Positions 52,697 to 64,000 of a DNA stretch of 64,000 nucleotides are shown piece after piece. Position 1 is the first letter of the stretch. Every line of letters begins with the position of its first letter. Below the pieces are notes generated by a model, which worked only from the letters and a program-made list of their open reading frames with translations, ran no database searches and was not told the DNA's origin. The position numbers were made by a program, and so were the translations under genes. The stretch is from contig CT868374.1 in the NCBI GenBank assembly GCA_000165425.1, positions 1 to 64,000 of the forward strand. Reading direction: 5' to 3'. This stretch comes from Paramecium tetraurelia (lineage: Eukaryota).

Positions 52697-53091
52697 TTTT
52701 GATATTATATAAGTCAGAATGTAATTTTTTAATTAAAAGAACCTAATTATTATAATAAATAAAAACTAATAATTTTATTCTATTGTTTATAACTGTTGTT
52801 GATATTATTATTAAAATAACAAATAAACTATGTGAATCAGTTATGTATATGGAAGATATTTTACGAAGTCAACTTTTACAAAATAAAAGAATATAAGTTT
52901 CCATCATCAGTTCATTCGTTTTATTCTTATAAAATATCAACTCAATAATACTTAGGTTCAATTTCAAATTTATAATTTGATTCAAGAATTTGATGTTTAA
53001 AGTATATGGAGAACTACTGGCTATTAAAAATCGCAAAATTTAAAAGAATAATATTTAATAGATTAGAACGAAATAGAATTCATCAAGCTTC

Positions 53092-54906
53092 TCAAAACAA
53101 TTTTAATACTGTAGGAGTTGTACATCCCTTAATTTTTAGTGTATAATCGGGTACTCTGATTTATCTAGTTGAATTATAGTGTCGAACCATGAGCCCGACA
53201 TTGCTCTCTTCAGCAGTTGGATCTTCAACATATTCAAATTGATTATGAGCTATCTATTTTAATTAACTATTGGTCAAAGCCAACCTATGAAGGTCCTGCG
53301 GTTTTTTCTGTTCTTATTTTGGTGGGATATCTTAAATTCGATATAAAATTTACCATTAATCTCTCCTGAATTCTATTTAGACAGTTTAGCAGTATATTAA
53401 CTAAATTTAGAAGCTCCTACAAGTGAAGATTTTCTTTATTCCTGTTTATTTTAAGAAATATTTGAAGAAATAGAATCGGAAGAATTGAAGTTTACAGGTG
53501 ATCGCTGTTCTAGTAGTTCTTGGGTGCCAACTTTAATAGCATTCTTAAAGTCTTGATATCCCAAAAATTGGTTTAGATTTTTATCATTTTATACTTGGTG
53601 TTCTTTGATTAATTATTTGAAATAAGGATGTCTCATACACTACGATAAATTGTTATAATACTTCTTGCGAACTTAATCTATAAGAAACTCTTTTTAAGAG
53701 CATAGATTGAATTAGATCCTGCATTTAGATAGGAGCCAATTTGAAATGATGTTCTTTAAAATTGATTTCACATAGTCTATTATTCTTAAGAATAGATTTT
53801 TGATCGTTTCCAAAAAATGGTGTATTTCCAGTCTAAAATATAATAAAGTTAAGTACAATTAAAAAATATAAAATGATTCCGACACTAAAAACATCACATT
53901 TATCAGTATAAAATTCTTAGCCATCGTTATAATCTAAGATTTCAGGAGCAACAAACCCAGGAGTACCACATCTTTTAAATAAAGGTTTGTCATCCAAACA
54001 TGTAGCCAATCCAAAATCTGCTAAAATGATTTCATGGTTATTTTCTGTTGATTTTAACAAAAGATTTTCTGGTTTCAAATCTCTATGAATTATACGATTT
54101 TCGTGCATATGATTTAAAGCACTTATCAAATTGAATGCGAGCTTTTACATCGTTTCTGCTGGTAAAAAGCCTAAAAATTTATATTATATACTTTACCTAT
54201 CTCTCTCACTTTTGTTAATAGTTCTCCCCCCTATATCATATCTAGTATAAAATAGACTGAATTGGTGGTTTCATGTACTTCATATAATTTCACTATGCTC
54301 GGATGGTTTAGTTTCCTCATTAATTTTATTTCATTTAGGAGACTCTCTACACCTTTAGATTGTTATAACATATATTCTTTGCTGAAAGCTTTTACTGCAT
54401 ACTAAGTGTTGTTTTCCTTTTTGGTTGCTTAGTATACTTTGGCGAAGTTGCCTTTCCCAATTATTTTGTATACAGAATAGGCTTCATGAAAGTTGGTTAA
54501 GATGGCAAATCTCTTGAAATGAGACTTCCAAATCTCATAATTCTCTTTGTCAGATGTGAATATTTCTAGACTCTTTCCTTAATAAGAAAGGTGAAACCCA
54601 AGTAATTATTCATCAGAGTTAAGTTAAACGAAGTTGTCTAAAGAAGCTTCAATGAATTAAACATGCATTGTCAGTAATGGTGCTCGCTTCAGATTTGCTA
54701 AAGTAACTTGAAAAATTGAGTCCTGACTCATAACAAGAAACTTTTTTTTAATCAGCCTGTCCTTTGAGCCAACAAAGAATTCATGCTCTAGTAACTCATT
54801 CTATGACTTATTATAAGAGATATAGATGTACATCAAGTAATCCCTTGTCACATGAACGCCAGAATGTAGATGTCGTTTAACCAAAGTCAAAAATTGATTT
54901 TAGCAT
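53092..54906 (-). CDS. CAMK-group Ser/Thr kinase with N-terminal PH-like region
   Basis: IIGKGNFAKVY, YAVKAF, HRDLKPENLL, ADFGLA, CGTPGFVAPE, CDVFSVG, with tiny introns. Confidence 0.92.
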
Positions 54907-55807
54907 TATGTCAATCAATAAATTATATATGATTATACTTTTAATTATTCAATCAGTTTTATTTGCTGTTCATTTAAGAATTTATATGTTGAACAGATTT
55001 CTCATCTAAATTCAAGGTTTTTGCCATATGGTCAATAAATTATTTTCTAAATTCTGTTACTAATTTCTAGCATCTCTAATACTCCTCTGATTATACATTC
55101 GGTTATTACTTTTTGTCTATTGCTAAAAATAGAATGTTTTCCATGCATTGATTAGCCTCCTTTTGAAGTTAATTATATTCCATCTTTGTTATATCATTTT
55201 CCATTTAAACAATTAATAATATATAAATCTAATATTCAATATGTTTGTTTTTATTAAAACACTCCCCTGAAAATTTCAATTTTACTTAATTGAATGTTCC
55301 CTCAAAAATATAATTTTGAATGACCTATTTTTGTTGAATAGACAGCTTTTGTTTAAGTGAAATTGTAGACAAATTGATTCAACAATTTCTATCACTATAT
55401 GAGATGCTTGAAATGATAAATCAGTTTTATTACAAACGGTGTCACATTTAATAAATAAATAAAATTTTTTTTCTCAATTATGTACTCACTATTTCTATAT
55501 ATTACTTGTGATAAAAATAAGTTATTCTTCTAAAATTAGTTCAGATATATAGCTAAAGACTATAATAGTAATTGTTGATAAACTAGAAGAGTTTTTATTT
55601 TATTTTTACAATAACTGATTAAAATTCTGAATAAAGGAACCTTGGAAATTTTCTCTAAAATTTAATATTAAGGAAAAAACAAAAAGATGAAGGATACTCA
55701 AATAGTGAAGATTTTCTCATATTGAAGATTGTTTTTGCAAACTAAAATAGCCTCTTCTGACTGATATGTATAATATAAAAATTAGTAATTATATTATCGT
55801 TTAAACA

Positions 55808-56347
55808 ATGAGTAATAGTTTCTCACAAGAAATATAAACATCCTATCAAAAAACGATTACAAAAAGCCAAAATGTTCAGAGAACAACTGATGTTGATTTC
55901 CAGGATGCAGTTCAAAGATATGAATTGAGAAGATCTTCAAAGCCAAAGAAGCAAATGATCAATTAAAAAAATGGGGTCGTTGAAAATTAATATATGCAAA
56001 TAGCAACAGATGATAATGAAAACAATTATAATTTCCACAGTTCAAGTCATTCGTAAAGAATTGTCCAAAAATATACCAATATTAGTAGTGCTAAAGAAGT
56101 CAATAAGTACAATGTCTAGGAAGTTAAGGACGATTATGAAAGGGGGAAATGTATGTTCTAAACAATGTTTAATAGCCTTAGGTTAATTATCTAAATCTGA
56201 GAAGAGAAACTTTGCAGCTCCTAAAACTGAATATGATGAAGAATACACATAATAAAAAGGGGGTGTATTAAATTACAATGCCATTTAAAGTAAACTTAAA
56301 TTGAGTATTTTAGCTTAGTAAATTACATATTAGATATAACGGCTTTA
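55808..56347 (+). CDS. Hypothetical protein, 3' end lost in the gap
   Basis: MSNSFSQEIQTSYQKTITKSQNVQRTTDVDFQDAVQRYELRRSSKP... open to the N-run. Confidence 0.5.
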
Positions 56348-56497
56348 NNNNNNNNNNNNNNNNNNNNNNNNNNNNNNNNNNNNNNNNNNNNNNNNNNNNN
56401 NNNNNNNNNNNNNNNNNNNNNNNNNNNNNNNNNNNNNNNNNNNNNNNNNNNNNNNNNNNNNNNNNNNNNNNNNNNNNNNNNNNNNNNNNNNNNNNNN
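56348..56497. other. Assembly gap (150 N)
   Basis: Run of N. Confidence 1.
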
Positions 56498-56806
56498 TTA
56501 TTATGTATCTTGCCAAAATATTTTGATTATTAAAAAATAACAAATTTAATCAGAGCATTAAAATATTGATTCTTAATTAAAATTAGAGTTGATTTTTTAT
56601 ATCAATAATTTAAAATGGGATTCTGAATTTTAATTATCTGATTTTGTTAATCTAATTAGTGACTGTAAATTGGGGTATTTGAGTTCTTTCAATCTAGATA
56701 GTATCATTAAATATAGTACTGTAACATGATACATTGTAATTGTTTGTAAGTAGAAATAATTTGAATATATTAATAAATCAACTGTTTTAAATTTTTAATA
56801 TATATA

Positions 56807-57263
56807 TCAATCATGATCTTCAAAAGGATTGAATTTTTAATGATGGGATCTGCATTGTGAAGGAGATCGGGACTTTATGACGATAGACATTTGTTTAAAG
56901 ATTTTCTCTTGTTTTTTCATGTCTGATTTCATCATTATCTCTTTATTTGTTTCTATAAATTACAAATATAAACGATGTTCCTTTTGAGTCCAGTGACCTC
57001 AAACTTAGTTACTACAATACCTTTATTATATATTTTCTTTGAATTCTTCCTTCTTGTTTTCTTTATTTGAGTTTTCTAGTTATGGTTCTATTCAACAGAC
57101 TATATGGTTGATTTTGATTCAATTCGTTATTCACTACAGAATATGAATTCTCTTACTCTAAGCCCTCCTCCACCTTTATTGTTGTCTTTCCATGATTTAT
57201 GGGCTATTATTGTTACAATTGTTGAAGCCTCAGAATTTGTAAATAAGGATGATAGACATTCAT
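56807..57263 (-). CDS. Single-repeat Myb/SANT (SHAQKY-like) transcription factor; start uncertain
   Basis: NKGHWTQKEHRLYLQFI...IFKQMSIVIKSRSPSQCRSHHQKFNP. Two 23-nt introns keep the frame. Confidence 0.82.
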
Positions 57264-58300
57264 GAACCATTAATATTCAATCTAATCAAATCCAAGTATT
57301 ACATAATGAAGAGAAAGTATTCTGGAACATTGATTCAATAAGATTTTAGATGCTTTGGTAGATAAAATGAAAAATTTTAATATTGCTCAAAATCGCAAAA
57401 GCAAATACAAAAATTAACTAAAAACTAAGATACATACATTTTCATTCATTTCATCAAACATTAATTGTATTACTTAATACTTTATAATAAACGAATAATC
57501 ATTTCTGATTTATAAATCTAATCGAACTTCAATTTCTTATCAATTTCCTAAGAACCCAACATTGAACTCAGAATGTTTCTAATTTATAATTTTTTAACTA
57601 TTAATATCATTTTTATTATTTATTTTCCAATTTCATATTCCAGAAACTCTAAATTAAAAATCACATTTTAAACATTGTTTCTCTCAAGAAGTTTATTAAT
57701 CATATTAGTTTTCAATTAAACAGAGATGCTTTGAAGATTCTACTAAAATATTATATATAATCAATGAAATTTTCGATTAAGAAATTTCAAAATAATATAA
57801 CATTAAGCAGCCTCCTAAACTCCAGATTCATTAGATTATTATTATAATATTAGGGTTTCATATAATCATGCTCGAATTATTCTAAAATGCTGTAATTTTA
57901 ATTTTACACATAAAACAGACTTATACATAATTATTGAAATTCAGGTTTAACTAAGTTATTAAAAGGAGGAATTAGGTTGTATCTAATTTCATAACTTATA
58001 GTATTATGTTGATGAATTCATATTTAAATTTATAGTATAGCATAGATAAAGTGTGAAGATGAGGATGAGTATTTACTGATTTTATTTTACTCAGAAGTTA
58101 TAAGGTGCTTATAATTACTAAAAAATTATATTTATTTTATTTTCTAATTAAATAGCCCTGATATGACTCAATCCTCATAATTTAACTTCTATTTTGTTCA
58201 AAACTAGTCTACTACTTTTTGAATATAAAAGGATAATAAATCTTTTAATTTTTGACATAGTTATATAATTTTTATAAATAAAAACTAACAGTTATAATCA

Positions 58301-59030
58301 ATGGAATACGATTCTGTTTAAAAAATATAAGAGGAGCTGGGATACTATAGGAAATATTGTTAGTAGTTAGAGAATTAAAATGCAGCTTTAAACTAATAGC
58401 TATTTAATAACATTTCAGGGAATGTCCTTATAGTTCAGGATGGGAATTCGAACAACATCAAATAACAGGAAAATAACCCCAACAATCATAAGGAATGTGA
58501 ATAAAGACTAAAATTAATGGAGAGATAATTAAAACGAAAGTTGATGGAAGAATAGTTATGGCTAAAAAGATTTGAGGCTTAATTAAATGAAATCATTGAG
58601 TTAAAAGTACAAGAAAATATTAATATAAGGCAATTCATGCATAATATATTCAAGAGAGTGAGCTCGAAAATGTTAAAAAGTCAAAGGAAATGGAAATATT
58701 AAATGAAGAAATAGAACAATATAAAAAATAGATAGAAATTTATAAATAGGAAGCAAATTCAGAAATCTATTTAGATGAAATAAAAGAAATGAGAAAACAA
58801 TTGGAAGCATCTGAAATTAAATTGGAATCATTGACTAAAGAATTGCAAATTAAGGATCAATAATTATGTATAACATTCTCCTATATTTAGATTAAAAATA
58901 AGGAAATGTTAAATAGTCTCTATTATCATTTAAGTAAAAATTCGACATTGAATTAAAAAATGATAATCTAAGCACTGAGCCAGATATATCAAGTAAAAGT
59001 TTTTCTAATATTATGCTAAGAGATATATGA
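58301..59030 (+). CDS. Hypothetical coiled-coil protein
   Basis: MEYDSVQKIQEELGYYRKYCQQLENQN...EIKEMRKQLEASEIKLESL, two 23-nt introns. Confidence 0.65.
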
Positions 59031-59666
59031 TTTTATACTTATATTAACAAAATAAAACTTATACTTTTACAGAATTATTTCTTTCTTTATGCTAGATGTA
59101 TATATATAATAGAAAAATTGAAAATGATCTCAGTCAGATATTACTAATATATTAAAGGTGAGAAAGGAAGTATAATTCCTTTTAAAAAATCATTATGCAA
59201 ACTTTTCCTACGTATTTACATTATTAATTTGAGAAATTATAGTATTGCATTGAAATATTAATAAAGAATTCAAGAAGAATTTGGCATAATCAAAATTTCT
59301 TTTCTATTTTTATTTCATCTTTCTAAATTGAATTTATAATATTCTAGAAATTTTATTAAAAGTAGTTTAAAATCAAATATTTTAAATGATTTAGATTGCA
59401 ATTTCGATTTTCTTAATAATCAAGACTCTTCTGCTTTAAAAATAATTTAGATTGCTGTATTTTTTTATGTTATTGTTTCTTAGACTCATAATTATTTATA
59501 ATTTTATTATTAATTTTTATTCATTTATTTATTAAGGATAATAAACTACATTTAAGTTGAACTTTTTCTAAAACATTTGAATGTTGATTATGTATTAATC
59601 ATCTTTGATATTGATAAATTGATTTTATAAGGATTTCAATATAATAGTTATATGTATACACTAAAA

Positions 59667-59834
59667 TCAAGCAGTTTCTGTAGAAGTTATTGAGGGTTTT
59701 GGTTCATCAGTGAAAAGTACTCTACAAACTGACCTTATTGACTAATCATCAATTCTGGTTGCATAGTATTATTTCTTAGGAGCATTTGGGCATTTTGGTT
59801 ATTTAGACTTAGGCGTTAACAAACAATTATTCAT
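59667..59834 (-). CDS. 55-aa microprotein with SMR/CKI-like motifs
   Basis: Intronless: MNNCLLTPKSKQPKCPNAPKKQYYATRIDDQSIRSVCRVLFTDEPKPSITSTETA. Confidence 0.7.
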
Positions 59835-60646
59835 TTATTTAATTAATAGAAAGAATAATGGGAATACATAAAATTATAAATTAGTGGACTGTCTAATTAA
59901 GAAAATTCAATATAAAATATATAGACTCTAAATTGTATCCTAATATCTTAATTCAGAAAGAATGAATTAAAGAATTTAGAAGCATCATTTGAATGATGCT
60001 TCTCAAAATCCTGGGAGTGCTTAGTAAGCATAAATACTTTGAATTGAATTGTGATTTATTATGCTGTTGTTCTTGCAATAAAAATTAAGATTTTTTGATT
60101 CGAATTCTTTTACTAATCAAAAAGTTCATATAAATTTAAGAGATTGACATAATATAAAAGTATCATTTAAGCGGTTGCCTGAAGCCAGAAGTACTGGGAA
60201 TAAAATAGATTCCCTTATTTAATCAAACTGAAAGTGCATTTCTTAAAATTTAAATGATTAAATATCATTTAAATGGTCCAAAGAGTCTGAATATTTTTAT
60301 ATTTTAACTAATCTCAGCAACCTGTAATTATTGTAATTTATGTCAAAATGAAACTGAATTGATATCATAAATATGTCTTTCAGACTAATCTATTCTATTT
60401 TAAGGAGATAATTACCTAACTATTTTTATATTTTTTCTATGCTAATTATCGTTTTTTCAATGTATTTAAATCTCAAGGATAATAGTCGATTATCATTAGA
60501 TTAAGTATTATTTTTTATGAGCCCTTTTCATTTAATTCTAAACACTGTTCAATTAATAAATCCACGCAACTATATATTCTAATTTCACATCCTTTTTGCA
60601 TTTTATAATCAGTTTTTTTCGATAATACTAATATATAATTAAATTA

Positions 60647-61415
60647 ATGAACCCATATCACCATTATATTCTAACAGGTATCATTGAAGACTAAGATGAC
60701 TTACCTTCTGTTAAATAGGAAGAATGCTCACAATTCTAATATTATGAAGAACAACCTCAATTTATTACATATGAGAATTCTAATCTTTGTTAAATTGTTG
60801 CTTCAATACTCAACTTAAATGAAGAGTATGTTGATTGGTTTGCTCGCAATAAACCTATCGAATTTGAATCAATGATGCTCAAAGCAAAACGCAAATTTTA
60901 TAGAGACAAAGCTAAATTCCGCATGCAAATCTTACAACCTCATCTCTATTCTGCTCAACAACCTCAAGAGCCTAAGAAAGCCAAAAGGGGTAGAAAACCT
61001 ATCAAATGTGCTGAAAAGCAATTTGTTGAAGATAATAGCGATCAGTATCATTTTTTCTTATCTTTAGTGATAAAAAAACGATACAAATGATAAGAAATAG
61101 GATTTCTGCTTAGAATTCTAGAGATAGAAAAAAAGCTTATCTCAAAGAACTGGAATAGAGCAGTGCTTTAACTAGCAGAGAAAATGATTTAATTCGCAAG
61201 CAAATAGAAGAACTCTTTGCTGCTAATGAAGAAATTGAAAAATAAAATAACAACATTCTCAAGGTAAATTCTTAATTTTATTTTAGTGTATCAAAGTTTT
61301 TAAATAATAATGTGTGGAATCTGATGAATAATTTGCTTAAGAGATACTAAAGTAATTGGAATAATTCCAAAGTGACACTGAATCAACTGCATCTAAAAAG
61401 GTTAAATTTAATTGA
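60647..61415 (+). CDS. bZIP transcription factor
   Basis: Basic region MIRNRISAQNSRDRKKAYLKELE followed by heptads; upstream KRGRKP (AT-hook-like). Confidence 0.85.
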
Positions 61416-62533
61416 CAGTAATTAATTTTTTATTATTATTATATAATCTATAAGTACATCATCTTCATCTATAAAATGGAAATAACAGATACATAAATTA
61501 AGATAAATTAGTAAACTAAAAATTTACAATATTAAAACTAACATTTAAAGTAGAATTAGATTTAAACTGAAATATAAACTGAGTTTATTTAATTATTTAT
61601 TATCTTAATACAATAATCAATAAACTATAACAGTTTTTAAGGACATAATAATAAAGTTTGATTAAAATTAGGAAATTAATTAAGATAATAAATTGAAGTG
61701 GATTTTAATAATGCGATCTCTTTCAAGATAATGATTTGTGAATAAAATTGCGTAAGCTTGAAATTCATAAATGAAATATGTTCAGTTTTCAAAGAATTCC
61801 AAGATGTAGATTTACAATATCCTATATGAAGCTCAACAAAGCATTTATTTTTTAGATATTAGGTGAGTATGGATTTTATGAGATTATTGAAGATTATGTG
61901 GTAGAGGATATAAATCAGGAAATCATAATAGCATTACCAAATTTAATATGTCTCCTTTTATAATACAAAGGATTTAGAGAAAATTTGATATATTCACAGT
62001 TAAATTGTTAAGATTATTTATGAGGGAGGCAATCAAAGTTTAATTAAATGTCTAGTATAACAATGTGCAATTATTTTAGGAATAAGAACTAAGATAATGG
62101 AAAGACATTCTAATAATTTAAAAGTCCATGATATTATCAAAAATTTAAAGAGTAATTGAATGAAGAATCAATTCAGTACTTCAAGCGTAGAGTATAAACC
62201 CCACCAATAAGTAAATTACATTGTAGTTGATGATGAAATTGATCTATTCAAATCTGTCTAAGGTCACAGTACAAATCTGCGTAATTAAACATAGAAGAAA
62301 TTAGTTGATTATGATGAAGATGTTGAAATAATATCAAAGAAACCAAAATAGGTTGAGATATATAGATATGTATGCAAAATAAAATGTATATTTTTGATAA
62401 AGTTAATAATGTTTGAATAGTTCTAATGTTATCGGATCATAATGTAATCAATTGATAAATCAAAATTTAAATAAAATAGTGAAATCAATAACATTTTTAG
62501 TTCATTTTTCCCAAAATATAAAAAATAATAAAA

Positions 62534-63371
62534 ATGGATCAAGTAGTTAAAAAGAAGCAAGAGTAATTACTATAATGTCTTAAAAAGATATCGAGTAAAC
62601 CTCAAACAGATGATGAAGATTAAAAATAGCAGTTACGCAAATTCCAATAGGAGGTGGAATAAAAGTATAAGATGGCTCGTCATAACAACGAGTATCGATT
62701 TCCATATGAATATATTGATCAAAGTAGTGACAGTTCATTAGAAGAACTATAAAAAGTAGGCACATATGATCTACGTCAAAAATAATAAAAAAAATAAACT
62801 AACAGCAAACATTTACAATCATCCAAAGAATCTATAAAAGCTAAATCCTTGATTAAGATCATGTCTGATAAATCTATGAAAGCCAACAGATAGTCTACTC
62901 GATACAAAACAGAATAATATGATGAAAATTAGGTTAGTTACATAGATGCACTAAAAAAGAATAAATCAATAGAAAAACAAACAAACGAATAAATCATTTC
63001 ATTCATTCGTAAATCCGTAGCTAAACGATCGTAATACTCATAACATAATAATAATACATCCAGACAATATATGAATTTGTCTTCAAATAATCACAGCCAC
63101 ATCATGTCATAAAGTTTTAATGGATAAAAAAGTAGAACTTAAAATTATTACCTAAATAAATTCACAAAAATGAAATAAGACATGTTTAAGTAACAAAATT
63201 AAACAAGTACATCACAAATGAACTAAGATTCTAAAATGTATCTTATCCTTTAATAATAGATCATTAAAACATTTTTTCTGCAGTAAGAGTCCAGAATAAT
63301 CGAGTACCATCAATTTAAAGAATAAACTAGCAGAAATGTGTAAAAGATAGCCATTAAAAGTAATCAAATGA
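62534..63371 (+). CDS. Hypothetical protein (about 271 aa)
   Basis: MDQVVKKKQEQLLQCLKKISSKP... open to TGA with one 22-nt intron. Confidence 0.68.
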
Positions 63372-63417
63372 AATATATAAAATACTACTTTCTCTTTTAT
63401 AAATAGATATTTTAATT

Positions 63418-64000
63418 TCATTCCTGCTTGCTCTTTTACACTTATAATTTATCTTGTAACTATTTATTTTGCTTAATTAATTGTTCATTCTATCATATGA
63501 AAAACATTATTACTTTTTTCCCCAATTTCAGTATTTTTTCTTAAGCCAACTTGAAGATTTCATAATTGCCTGGTTTAGCCTATAGGAATAGTTCCTTCAC
63601 GTATGTTTATTTATGCATTTTTTCTATGATTTCGTTTAAACTATTAACTAATTCTTAATATTGCTGATCAATCGACAATCCAGTAACATAGTTTTGAATT
63701 TCTTGGACAAACCCTTAGAACTCAACCTTTTCTTGTTCTAATTGTCGACTGCCTTTAATAAAGTACTATATACATGTCTTATTATTAATTAATGAGATCT
63801 TGCGTCAACTTTTTCATATCTTCTTGATTCTTATCAAGTAATTGTTAAGTAGTCGAGATCTCTTGTTATTTGTTATCGATTTCCTTTTTCAACGAATCAA
63901 TTTATATGTTCAATTGACTAATTTCATATTTCAACCCAGTTTGAGCTAGATTTAATTATTAAATTTATTTTTCTAGATCCTCCCTTTTTGTTTTTTCTGA
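63418..64000 (-). CDS. Coiled-coil protein, 3' part only
   Basis: ...EDLEKQIQQLNLAQTGLKYEISQLNIQIDSLKKEID...KQLQDKLQVQKSKQE TGA, with tiny introns. Confidence 0.65.

Noticed and set aside
54930..55210. Small minus-strand gene (similar scraps at 16450-16830, 36160-36650, 48390-48780, 50950-51260)
   Set aside because: Frames are broken or lack recognisable motifs. They may be remnants but are not supportable as genes.
61477..62430. Possible RING/IBR-like gene
   Set aside because: Coding-like but interrupted by TGAs and frame changes. I could not build a defensible model.
1..64000. Frequent in-frame TAA/TAG as mass pseudogenisation or a novel recoding system
   Set aside because: This is the known ciliate genetic code (table 6): TAA/TAG sit at Gln-compatible positions and genes end in TGA.

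Overview
AT-rich, gene-dense ciliate macronuclear DNA, most consistent with Paramecium. Reading frames stay open only if TAA/TAG are read as Gln (translation table 6) with TGA as the only stop, and genes carry tiny (about 21-27 nt) GT..AG introns. The supplied ORF track is therefore mostly fragments or antisense shadows. All gene models below were translated by hand, so boundaries and introns are approximate. The first 13 kb is gene-poor: a pentapeptide/WD40 tandem-repeat gene, an MFS transporter and several decayed remnants. From 13 kb onward about 28 genes are tightly packed: SET methyltransferase, trichocyst matrix-like protein, striatin, a GAF pseudogene, a pseudokinase-kinase, a hybrid histidine kinase, kanadaptin-like FHA protein, COMMD, alpha/beta hydrolase, ankyrin, vWA, WD40s, importin-beta family, SF-assemblin, RING, CAMK-like kinase, Myb and bZIP. 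The most interesting observations are two microproteins missed by the ORF track. One is 71 aa with KEN box, D-box and a C-terminal LR tail (APC/C-regulator-like). The other is 55 aa with TP, CPxAPKK and RxLF motifs (SIAMESE-related CDK-inhibitor-like). Also notable are a histidine kinase with a degenerate catalytic core but intact receiver, and extreme gene packing (20 nt between divergent ATGs, 2 nt between convergent stops). I could not support any rRNA, tRNA, CRISPR, telomere or intact transposon.
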